This document shows positions 37,601 through 45,262 of a stretch of DNA of 64,000 bases, piece by piece (the stretch's first letter is position 1; the number at the start of each line of letters is the position of its first letter). The notes below the pieces were generated by a model. The model was not told where the DNA came from. It saw only the letters and a program-made list of their open reading frames with translations, and ran no database searches. Location: the IMG/VR virus record IMGVR_UViG_3300040770_000387; one strand, written 5' to 3'. The translations under genes were made by a program, and so were the position numbers. Source of the stretch: a virus.

Positions 37601-37793
37601 TTGGGAAAATGCTGTAAACAAAGGTTCCGCTTTTGGTTTTTATGATCACGCTGAGTTAGTACACGGTGCAATGAAAACAGTAGTAGGCGGTGTAGGTACC
37701 GCAGGAGCATATCAAGGTTTAAAAAACAAAGAGCCTGAGTATCAGAAAGGCGGATCTATTAACTCTACCAGAGGATGGTTAGATAACTTATAA
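31695..37793 (+). CDS. Multi-domain ejected cargo protein (CHAP/NlpC-P60-like, lysozyme-like and GNAT-like domains)
   Basis: N-terminal ITMKGVDF...MYPGEEYHFPG module; Cys466/His559 pair; GIGAQET...SKGIF; C-terminal RRGSGTYE...SRGLWE. Confidence 0.65.
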   Translation: MNTNDILKRFLGQQEARIKADVSKQGYKSNSPYVNSKQNIIQGTDQGTPITMKGVDFEVHGVDEYGNEQHMYPGEEYHFPGSQVKETRMDMAQYGKSVTFGTPEYESAYKAGQVQGKGFKPNDPNATWFGGELDEIAIKPKHSIFSLNRGDYEKANGEEAFMNEKKDAYLKGLGSNWYGASRTNFPKNVEKEIAQEYQYNKNNYGLEQLASSKGFDINKRGAWIEGLSAQERNAMVNSKYSSSLNPNEFAEALSGLQQTANTLLPGQPFDYQIPGLTPNENQEDKDSWASAFKMFAPMNIPGNYIANAAKNTNLSSHPNFRETPAMGMQRMGNVSSMESMALNPLSYEAIASVPDLAIGAYKGAKNLPETVRAAKHALLNNDVSKTFEKIDDLAYNGQTNIDLPKRDVADYTDGAAFAESTKLAPYEPLVNLEGLPADYTKKQLAAYMKEAERHKLKYCKDGDEACAKSANAITQAIWNKLETGTNYDYNSNAADAWYSKDQITKHGGETIYDHTTDVGDIPLNKIQIGDQVMMGPKYGTSHAKFDPATGLAKEQGVQHRAVVVGINNGQPMILESGYGASLQPRPLDKNLFYSQTSGNGVTSIVRPKQFVNAKNDIANHMLRSSEISRDATIEFGTSPAAQKYTDFFDKNKVEMANTLGLTQDELIQVYRSTIGIGAQETKLGNSIPSGLLNQSKITIQNMLQKAGLTPLIKGSTNAIKGLANKAFDKKSADLLDFPGSAVVEMEAHKLVSSGAFSDVRSAVNNLYETKYNKASRFTTNSTAASKGIFRQKEISQSGAKMGLRQNNFANTPEKQLTSAVSNLSDILKKIRKENPEYSFEKALDLAKLSWNSPAKAKNKDLIDFFYDGVGNPDPSTIGFDYLGKVNKRMQELVPITNVKPVTPGTIGFRLKEGGSITDQHRTILSNFLPKAQTGGIPRRPYHPSMDEEWNESYKPFGELAQEAMDVVQHLIPATRSLPSVGSAIGIAQSMYNSEDANMSDMVGLIPHPYAQVASFGLLGIEKSAKNFKNYRVQSQSGKSIEQLLFEKQASDYDSRTTIDSTAVAMPRMNSRLTTNPLSSPEFIGKNNNSVLNKQKPATKPKFESEFKPAPERETFPVAKKPSAPRQPMEILKELHAKGMVMKQNAQITTSMGEIPYAPKAQYGVDMSGKATPGIDLRMAAALKNNTDHAQLLRNMQTSNDSQTYYQGELDNVVVQQKTPHKGFWSQYGDRLREEHKDDGLLGAIAGLPLDAVAGFPQAAMMYGLSGKVQRPSEAMRMNGVEAAFADGVIDPSNLAGVGLLTKENILGKFAKGARAAEGVQLTDDAARFADNAVGSMDDFAAKRDPYMPEYSDAEFAKKAELRERAEEDFYEDGFDTFDDYGDPNRMSMAERKSLLERDPNPFPDDNWNDKYFDHDPGGKEAREYKWRVSQGEKFMMPTRRTSNGTPGGNVLSDSVDPINRARWERKQLPPPASELYIDTTSFSPKPGSAMQLNENGLDGLARHTRMHASIEPSARTHPSSFTLDNEQIEELGRMSNEGRLTQEQQTQFTDYVTGRNNARRNNDLERYQASQAMDQLFGSSVHEEESAREAAMDAYHDALANDYDGYVPLSADNMDPSDSFGFNEFRNKAALSREESIRRIEQARTGLRESDSVSYNTAEADSFYDAPMFGGPPSWPAGEGASYVPNVRNRSGMTKKEIIRKFGDKDGVIENMDPAAFEKVVVKPNGEIALHTESADVKGLYTNGATNKPFLDDVTPMDKGSYAEMFNSDLNRLNSIIAKNNKSGVQYRVKGLGENGSLRFETPAQRMAMPEDSAPQRAIKMAESSMDLMRMEIDRLTKRIGQQTTPEDIADATRYRDQNIADLERHNQYLEGMRFRFDRSLNIPAGETSWGVNINAGKWKGEVQDINNSDYFKSIPGLGISNSTAGVFSDGIPRRGSGTYESINEYLKSLEMGRVKAGFNSQTSKSRGLWENAVNKGSAFGFYDHAELVHGAMKTVVGGVGTAGAYQGLKNKEPEYQKGGSINSTRGWLDNL

Positions 37794-37797
37794 TCAC

Positions 37798-39021
37798 ATG
37801 AAAGCAAACGCACTTAAATTAGCTGGTGTAAAAACCGAAGCAGAGTTTTACAAAAAGTATCCTACACAAAAAGCTTTTATGCAAGAGCATGGTGATGCTT
37901 ACAATCAAAGTCTTCCTAGTCCAGATTATAACATGGATTTTGAAAACTTTAAAAGTTTAAAAGAAGCGCAGTACGGCCAATCAGTACACACTCAAAACAT
38001 GGTGCAAAATTTAGAAGACAATGGTTTCAACAGAACTATGAATGCGCTTAACAGCATGGGAGATCCACGCAACATGATTAATCAGTTGCCTAACAGAGGC
38101 TTTTTAGGTTCTATAAAAGCAGCGGCGGGGATAGGAGCAGGACTTGCAGGAGCTATTCAAGGACCTCGCAAATTGGCTGCAACTGATGCTACGTATACTC
38201 CAGGAAGCTTCTCATCCCATCAGAATGATTTTGCTTCTATGCCTAATGTAGGATACGATTACCAAGCGCCTACCACTACAGCAGGAACAAGTGGTTTTGG
38301 TAGAGACCCTTATGACGCGCATTTTGCACCAGCACCTGAAGTACCAAAAGGATTTGGTCGCGGCATCTTACCAGACTCTAAAGCATCTCATCCTTTTGCT
38401 AATCCTAACGCAATGCCTAAGTCGTATGACATGAACCAAGGTTGGAGATCACAAGAACTTGATTACAACAACGAGCTTCCTGAGGCGCAATATGGAAAGA
38501 GTGATAGTGCACCTAACTTCTTTAGTTGGTATCAAGCTAACTCAGGTAGAGGAGATGTTGCTTCCTTGGCCGGAAACAATGCTGCAGTAAATGACATATT
38601 CAAACGCGAAACGGCTTCTAATGCTTCACAGGGTTTTAACTCTAAGGGAGTTAAAAGAGGAGACCCGCGAGGAATGCAAATGGCATACAATTCTATCAAT
38701 GGTTTTGCCATGGCCAACCAAGCTCTTGGCGCACAAGATTATGAGAAGCAGTACAACCAACGTCTTCGTGATATGGGTAACACTGATGCAAAATACGGAG
38801 CCAATAACGCAGACAATCCTTTTGGAAACTTTACTATGAACACAGGAGCTTTTGCCAATCAAGCTTTAGTACAAGGGGTTCCAGTGCAGGATTTTGGTAC
38901 TAAGATGGCCATGGCTAGACAAGGAGGTCAAGTTTACGAACAAGGCGGAGAGTACACGGCAACACCAGATGACATCCAGCGCCTTAAAGACCAAGGATAC
39001 GACATTGAATATTTAGACTAA
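37798..39021 (+). CDS. Cargo/ejection protein, largely low-complexity
   Basis: AGVKTEAEFYKKYPT N-terminal module; GGEYTATPDDIQRLKDQGYDIEY C-terminal module; Cys-free. Confidence 0.65.
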   Translation: MKANALKLAGVKTEAEFYKKYPTQKAFMQEHGDAYNQSLPSPDYNMDFENFKSLKEAQYGQSVHTQNMVQNLEDNGFNRTMNALNSMGDPRNMINQLPNRGFLGSIKAAAGIGAGLAGAIQGPRKLAATDATYTPGSFSSHQNDFASMPNVGYDYQAPTTTAGTSGFGRDPYDAHFAPAPEVPKGFGRGILPDSKASHPFANPNAMPKSYDMNQGWRSQELDYNNELPEAQYGKSDSAPNFFSWYQANSGRGDVASLAGNNAAVNDIFKRETASNASQGFNSKGVKRGDPRGMQMAYNSINGFAMANQALGAQDYEKQYNQRLRDMGNTDAKYGANNADNPFGNFTMNTGAFANQALVQGVPVQDFGTKMAMARQGGQVYEQGGEYTATPDDIQRLKDQGYDIEYLD

Positions 39022-39069
39022 GCACACAAAAATAGAAGCGCCACAGTTAGGAAAGAACAAATAATAGTT

Positions 39070-39087
39070 GTAAATTCTAACTGTAGG
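39070..39087 (+). promoter_or_regulatory. Candidate late promoter motif GTAAATTCTAACTGTAGG
   Basis: Near-identical to 23311-23328; overlaps an inverted repeat ACAGTTAG (39043-50)/CTAACTGT (39077-84). Confidence 0.5.
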
Positions 39088-39126
39088 ACGTTTAACCACA
39101 ACGATCATTTTAAACTCCAAAAGTTT

Positions 39127-42100
39127 ATGCAAAGGATACGAATAAATAAGACCCCTGCACCGGGCACCCAACGTGACTACAGTCTTGTTGGCAATACAAG
39201 TTTTGCACAAGACAATCCTAATGTTGCAAAAAACACCACGGTTAAAAATACCATGGGTGCAACAGACAGAGACAAAGCCAACATTGAAGTAGAAGGCGGC
39301 GAGACTGCTGTCGGTGACATCAACGGAGACGGGTTCTTAGAACATTTTACTTTTAAAGGCAAGCGCCACTCTGAAGGAGGCATGCCTGTTAATCTTCCAG
39401 AAGACGCTTTCGTGTATTCCGATACACCAAAGATGAGAATCAAAGATGAAGAAGTACAGAAGATGTTTGGGATGTCTTACAACAAACAGGGTTACACTCC
39501 TGCGGCAATCGCCAAGAAATTTCAAGTAAACGAATTTATAGCAGTACTTAAGGACGACGAAGAAGACGAGATGTCAAAGCGTACGGCCGCGACTATGCTT
39601 AAAAATAACATGGAGAAACTTGCCATGCTGGCTCTGATACAAGAGTCCATGAAAGGTTTCCCTGATGGTGTTCCTGCTATTGCTCAAGGGTTAATGGAAG
39701 GCATGGGTGGTGAAGAACAAGAAGGTGAAATGCCTCAAGAATCTCAAGAAGCACCACAGGAAGCAATGATGGATCCTAACGAAGAACAAGAGCAGATGAT
39801 GCGTTATGGTGGAATTCCTAAAGCACAATTTGGTTTAGCTAGTGTTGTTGCTAAAGTTGGAGCTCGTATGGCAAAGCCTAAAAGCAAACTTGAACTTCAT
39901 AAAGAACAAACTGCAAAAGAATTACATGAAGCAAGTCAGCTGGATTGGAGAAGTGCTTTTAGTGGATTTAGTTGGGACGATGATGTTAATGCTAAAGCTG
40001 GAAAAAAATCAACAAGTGACTCTTCTTTTTTTGATAACATTAATAACCCATTTGCAGGAATTGATACTAAGATAAAAGGCCTTCGTGATTTAAGTACAGC
40101 GCAAAACAAAAAAGATGCAGCAACAGCTAAAGTCCGCGCAGTACAGAATAAAAAAGAAGCTGCTGTAAAACAAAAAGAAAAGGATGCTTATGTTGCTCCT
40201 TTTAAATTAGGAGTATCGCGCGTACCTGCAACAGGTGGGCCACGTGTTACTTATGCTAATGCTATTGAAATGGTAAGTGAAAAACTTGCAAAATTAAAAA
40301 GCTTTAAGCCTGAAGAGTTATCTGCTACCAACAAGCAGCGTATGCAAGAATACGAAAACGAATTAGCAAGATATAAAAAAGAAGGACCGCCTGAAACTTT
40401 TTACGAACGTCTTGGTAACACTGCTGATAGATTTGGAAACTGGGCTACAAAAACAGCTCCTGATTGGATTGCTGATAAGATGCCTCAAGTAGATGCAAGT
40501 GGTTCTTTAAACGTTGATAATTACAGAAGTTTTAAAGAAGGTTCTGGCAAAATGCTTTTGCATGCTGATGGTTCTAAAAGAGCTATTGGAATAGGTTCTG
40601 ACGGAACGTACTACTATAAAGACACCGGTTATCCTGCACCTTATAATAGAAATGGAAAAGCAGGATCTGACATATCAAAAAGCATGTCATCTGGCAGCTC
40701 TTCTAATACAGACAAAGTACAAATGATAGGAGCTGTTGACGAGCCTGAAGTAGAAGAAACAGTTGCTCCTGTAAAAGAAGCATCTGTTGAAGTTAAAGCT
40801 GCTCCTACCAGAGACGTAACACCTACTCAAGTACAACGTCAGTCAGCACCAAAGCCTGCTGCTAATGTAGATGCAGACGGAGACGACTGGGGTGGATTAA
40901 AATTTGGAGGAGAACTTCCTACTGCTGCATTTGGAACTAGCCAGGTTGATCCTACAGGACCGCCTACTACAGTTGCACCGGGAAGTCAGAGACCAGATGT
41001 AAATGCAAAACAACCTACTGGTGCTTTTATGACACGTAAAGACGGAACTAAAACAGCATTGTTTTATGTTGGACCAAACGTTGTTGCTTACAATACTGAC
41101 GGTAGCATTTACAAAACTAAAGCCCGATCAGATAACGCTAGCTTTTCTCAAATAGGTGGAATAAGTATGAACGAAATTCTTGCTAAAAACCCTAACGCAC
41201 GTCACACTAAGTTTAGCTTTGGAACATTTGCTAATCAACCTGTTTACAAGAACACAGGTATATATCTTCCTTCTAACAATGCTGCATCCAGAACTAACGG
41301 TGATTTAACTCCTGAAGAATGGTCTGATTTTCAAGAAAGACATGGTGCTTTACTTGACGCTACAGACGGTACAGGTTATGTTGGCGGATACAACAAATTC
41401 AAACAAGACTTGCAGCAATCTAAAGCCACGGGTAACGTAGCGGCAGAATGGTTTCAAGATGCCATAAACAAAAAATACAAAGCTGTTGCAGGTAGTGATT
41501 ACTTTAAAGCTGAAGGTGACACTAGTACTTCCACTCCTTACAAGAGAGATAAAAAGTTTGGTGTTGTTACGTTCTCAGTTCCTAATTTTTATGATGCACC
41601 CGCTTCCGTTTTAGAAACACCAATTACACAAGCACCTCAGACTACAGAAGCTCCTGTTATACCTGGACCTCTTGCGCAAGCGCCTAAGAAAAACAGCGGA
41701 CCATGGTGGTTGCAAGACATGAATAACTTTACCGGCTCAATGACGGAAGACGCGAACCGATACGATCCATTAAAAGGTAGAGTAGATCTTACTACTCCAG
41801 GTTATGTTTTAAACGACCCTTCTCGATTGATTGCAGGAGTACAAGAATCTGCTAACAGTCACAGACGTGAAGCTTATGCTGCACTTGATGGTAATACAGC
41901 TATGGCTGGAATGCTAGGAGATACAGGTGAGATGTTAGCACAACAAGCCAACAATCTTAGCGGTGTAGAAAATCAAAACGTAGGTATTGTTAATCAGGCG
42001 TATTCACAAAATGCCCAGATGGAGAATCGTGAGATAGAAATGAATGCTAACTTCGATCAGAAATATGCTGGAGAAGTAGCTATGCTAAATCAAAATTACG

Positions 42101-42531
42101 ACAAAGAAAGCAGCGAGTTAAAGTGGAGAAGAATAAACGCTTTCAACACAGGTACGACAAACTGGTTTAAGAAAAAGCAAATGGAACAAGTGTTATTTCC
42201 ACAAGTGACAATAGACTCTCTTTCAGGAGATGCTTCTTTCTCGGGTAACGGACGTAATCCTTTGGATTTTCAAACCTATTCTCCTTCCTATGGAGTAAAC
42301 AAAAATGCTGCTGCCACAGGCGCGGATTTACAAAGCAGTTACAACAAATGGTTCGGTATTACCGGCGAACAAAAAAGCGCAGCGGAAATGGCTCGAGCTG
42401 AGATAAACCAAAGCATGAGACAGCCTTTGACTGGTGGACAACGTTACAGTCAGTCGGCGGGATATCCTGGACAGGATGATCCTCAAATGCAATTTGGAGG
42501 TTACACAACGCCTTGGGATTTTGACAACTAA
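39127..42531 (+). CDS. Cargo protein (crAss C1-like N-terminal domain)
   Basis: NIEVEGGET...GKRHSEGGMP...VYSD and TPAAIAKKF...LAMLALIQE N-terminal block; C-terminal PWWLQD...P.LNDP region. Confidence 0.7.
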   Translation: MQRIRINKTPAPGTQRDYSLVGNTSFAQDNPNVAKNTTVKNTMGATDRDKANIEVEGGETAVGDINGDGFLEHFTFKGKRHSEGGMPVNLPEDAFVYSDTPKMRIKDEEVQKMFGMSYNKQGYTPAAIAKKFQVNEFIAVLKDDEEDEMSKRTAATMLKNNMEKLAMLALIQESMKGFPDGVPAIAQGLMEGMGGEEQEGEMPQESQEAPQEAMMDPNEEQEQMMRYGGIPKAQFGLASVVAKVGARMAKPKSKLELHKEQTAKELHEASQLDWRSAFSGFSWDDDVNAKAGKKSTSDSSFFDNINNPFAGIDTKIKGLRDLSTAQNKKDAATAKVRAVQNKKEAAVKQKEKDAYVAPFKLGVSRVPATGGPRVTYANAIEMVSEKLAKLKSFKPEELSATNKQRMQEYENELARYKKEGPPETFYERLGNTADRFGNWATKTAPDWIADKMPQVDASGSLNVDNYRSFKEGSGKMLLHADGSKRAIGIGSDGTYYYKDTGYPAPYNRNGKAGSDISKSMSSGSSSNTDKVQMIGAVDEPEVEETVAPVKEASVEVKAAPTRDVTPTQVQRQSAPKPAANVDADGDDWGGLKFGGELPTAAFGTSQVDPTGPPTTVAPGSQRPDVNAKQPTGAFMTRKDGTKTALFYVGPNVVAYNTDGSIYKTKARSDNASFSQIGGISMNEILAKNPNARHTKFSFGTFANQPVYKNTGIYLPSNNAASRTNGDLTPEEWSDFQERHGALLDATDGTGYVGGYNKFKQDLQQSKATGNVAAEWFQDAINKKYKAVAGSDYFKAEGDTSTSTPYKRDKKFGVVTFSVPNFYDAPASVLETPITQAPQTTEAPVIPGPLAQAPKKNSGPWWLQDMNNFTGSMTEDANRYDPLKGRVDLTTPGYVLNDPSRLIAGVQESANSHRREAYAALDGNTAMAGMLGDTGEMLAQQANNLSGVENQNVGIVNQAYSQNAQMENREIEMNANFDQKYAGEVAMLNQNYDKESSELKWRRINAFNTGTTNWFKKKQMEQVLFPQVTIDSLSGDASFSGNGRNPLDFQTYSPSYGVNKNAAATGADLQSSYNKWFGITGEQKSAAEMARAEINQSMRQPLTGGQRYSQSAGYPGQDDPQMQFGGYTTPWDFDN

Positions 42532-42545
42532 CACAGCACACTAAA

Positions 42546-45245
42546 ATGGCAAATTTTTTACAACAAAACAGTAGCCCTTTTGGCGAAATAAAACCATACG
42601 CTCCAGACTACGGTTTCCTTATGCAAGTATATGGCACACGCCAGGCTGAGTACGATAAAGGATTTGACGCTGTCAAAAGCTTGTACACTTCTCAGCTTAA
42701 CAGCGCCATGACAAACGAAGGTAACGAAGCACACCGACAAGAGATCTTTAAAAAACTGCAGAGTTCCCTTAGGAGCGTTGCAGGTGTTGATCTTTCTCAG
42801 GCAGCAAACATCAACAAGGCTAGTTCGTTAATGGACCCTATATCAAAAGACAGAGACCTGGCTTACGATATGGGATTTACGGCGTTTAGTCAAAAGCAAA
42901 GAGCTACTATGAACCAGTACAAAAACAGTACTGACTTCAAGATGCGTTCGCTTTATAGCCCGGAAGCTGAAGAAGACATTGCCAATGCTGAAGCAGACAT
43001 GCGAGGGGCTAAAAGAGGCGACGGATCTATGCAACGAGTAACACCTAGAGAATTTACGCCTGTTGAGGATACAAACGAGTATCTGAGAAAAGCGGCAAAA
43101 GAACAAGGTCTTGAAATATCTTTTGATAGTGCTAACCAGGGTTATATTGTTACTCAGGTAAACGGAAAGAATTCTTATGGTGCTTTTAATCAATGGGCAC
43201 AAACCACATTAGGAAATAAGTTTGACAGACAGTTTGCTATGCAAGGCCGCGTTCAAGCAGAAAGAATGGTTCGAGGCACTATGTCTCAAAAAGGAGTAGG
43301 TCGCACGGATGCTATTAAACTTGTAGCTCAAAAACTAGCATCAGTGATGCAAGAAAAAAACGCAGTAAAAGGCGTTAAGGCTGAGGAAACTCTTAGCGAA
43401 TACGACGTAGAGATTAATCAGTTTAAAAGAAACTATCCTAACGGAGTGCCTGCATCAAAACTAGAAGCTTACGACAAGCTTTTGGCAGAAAGAGACGCGC
43501 ACAATAACGAGGCTGAAAATGCAAAAGGAGAACTTCAAAAATTAAACACAGACGGAGCAGAATACGTAGCGTCTAATTTGCACGGGATCTTTGCTCAAGA
43601 AGCAAAATCACAAGCAGCAGGTACTTGGGCAAAGTCTCATGCAGACGCCACTGCAAAAGTATCTCTTAAACCAGACGACGTTGTTCTTACAAAAATGAAG
43701 ATTGCTTCTGACCAAGCTATGACTCGTTTAAAGATATCATCTGACCAAGCTATCTCAGCTGCAAATCGTGCACAGAAAGATCGTCAGTTTAATATGAGTT
43801 ATGATCTTAATGTTGAAAAATTAAAAATAGCTATGTCTGGTGTTAAACCAGGAGATCCTGCTCCAGAAGAATACATGGGTAGTTACCAAGGTACTTCAAA
43901 AACAACAGCTATCGATTTAGGATCACAAGCTATGCAAGAAGGACGCGCTAAGATGTTCAGTACTGCTTTTGCTAAAGGCGACGGTTTAATAAACACAATC
44001 ATTGGTGGAGCAGAAGCTATAACTACATATGCGGTATTAAACAAAGTACAAGCAATGGAGCACGGAAGAGGCTCAAAACTTAGCGAACAAGATATTAAAA
44101 TTTTAGGGGCTTATGCCAAAAGAGTAGGGCTTAAAATTCCTGTACCTACTGATGCAGGAATGGCATCAGAAGTATTAAAGCAACTTACTATAGGGACTTA
44201 CAAAGCAGCAACTGTTTCTTTAAAAAATGATGCTAAGTGGGGCGCTACTAAAAATAACAACAAGCTTTTTGAAAACTTTTCTGAAAACTGGGCAGCTATG
44301 GGGAACTACCTTGAAGCAAACACGTTATACGAAAAAGACAATGCTAGTTTAGCCAGAGTAATCCTTACCAGAGCAGGTACTGTAAAAGAGATGTACCAAG
44401 ATCAAGTTAGCATCAAAGGATACACGCAAGCAGGAACGCCTATTTTTGATATGAGTAAAGCTAGTGTTTCCGTTAAAAGTTCACTAAGTAATTTTGTAAA
44501 TAAAGAACTTGGCACTAAAACAAGGGCTTCAGGAGATTTGATATTGTTCAACAAACTTAAAGCATCAGAGCTTGAGGTATTGTTAAGTGCAAACGGAGGA
44601 GGAGCTACAGCAACTGATAGCAAAGGAAACCCTTATGATCTAACAGCACTTACGCAAATAGCAGGTAAGACTTTACAGACCGCTGTTGCTAGTTCTGCTA
44701 CTGCAGGATATGATCCTGTTGCAAAGACCGTTACTTTTCAACTTAAGATGGATTTAACTAACACTACTTTGTTTGACAGCACTAAGCCTAAGCTTTCAAA
44801 AGAACCAATCACAATTACTGTTCCTTACAGCAGTCTTCAAAACAATCCTGCAATGGCTCGTTTTGCAAAGTATGTAGGTAAGAATTCCATACAAGCCCAA
44901 AGCAACGGTGTGTTTAGCAAGTTTGCCACAAATCAGTTTGCCACAGTGCACTCTCCAAATTACATGGATGCTACTGGATTCAGATACACTGCTGGAGGCG
45001 GAGCTAATTCTGCTGGACAATACGGTGTAGAGATTAACTTTGATCTTGACAATCCAGTTACAGGCTTAAAAGAAAACGTGACAAAGTTTATACCAGGAAA
45101 TGCAAACGATCCTAAGTTTTTTGATCAGATCAACACTACAGTTTCTAATGCACATAATAACTATTTAATGGGGCGCTCTGCTGCTGAAGCTCAGATCAAC
45201 AGAGAGGACAGCAATGTTCCAGCAAGACCTTATAATAAAAAGTAA
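42546..45245 (+). CDS. Cargo/ejection protein
   Basis: IKPYAPDYGFLMQV..RQ.EYD N-terminus, helical, Cys-free; position between cargo and giant genes. Confidence 0.65.
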   Translation: MANFLQQNSSPFGEIKPYAPDYGFLMQVYGTRQAEYDKGFDAVKSLYTSQLNSAMTNEGNEAHRQEIFKKLQSSLRSVAGVDLSQAANINKASSLMDPISKDRDLAYDMGFTAFSQKQRATMNQYKNSTDFKMRSLYSPEAEEDIANAEADMRGAKRGDGSMQRVTPREFTPVEDTNEYLRKAAKEQGLEISFDSANQGYIVTQVNGKNSYGAFNQWAQTTLGNKFDRQFAMQGRVQAERMVRGTMSQKGVGRTDAIKLVAQKLASVMQEKNAVKGVKAEETLSEYDVEINQFKRNYPNGVPASKLEAYDKLLAERDAHNNEAENAKGELQKLNTDGAEYVASNLHGIFAQEAKSQAAGTWAKSHADATAKVSLKPDDVVLTKMKIASDQAMTRLKISSDQAISAANRAQKDRQFNMSYDLNVEKLKIAMSGVKPGDPAPEEYMGSYQGTSKTTAIDLGSQAMQEGRAKMFSTAFAKGDGLINTIIGGAEAITTYAVLNKVQAMEHGRGSKLSEQDIKILGAYAKRVGLKIPVPTDAGMASEVLKQLTIGTYKAATVSLKNDAKWGATKNNNKLFENFSENWAAMGNYLEANTLYEKDNASLARVILTRAGTVKEMYQDQVSIKGYTQAGTPIFDMSKASVSVKSSLSNFVNKELGTKTRASGDLILFNKLKASELEVLLSANGGGATATDSKGNPYDLTALTQIAGKTLQTAVASSATAGYDPVAKTVTFQLKMDLTNTTLFDSTKPKLSKEPITITVPYSSLQNNPAMARFAKYVGKNSIQAQSNGVFSKFATNQFATVHSPNYMDATGFRYTAGGGANSAGQYGVEINFDLDNPVTGLKENVTKFIPGNANDPKFFDQINTTVSNAHNNYLMGRSAAEAQINREDSNVPARPYNKK

Positions 45246-45262
45246 TACTAAACACACCCCAG

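Noticed and set aside
43700-43765. 11-codon tandem duplication (KIASDQAMTRL/KISSDQAISAA)
   Set aside because: A minor coiled-coil duplication with no further implication.
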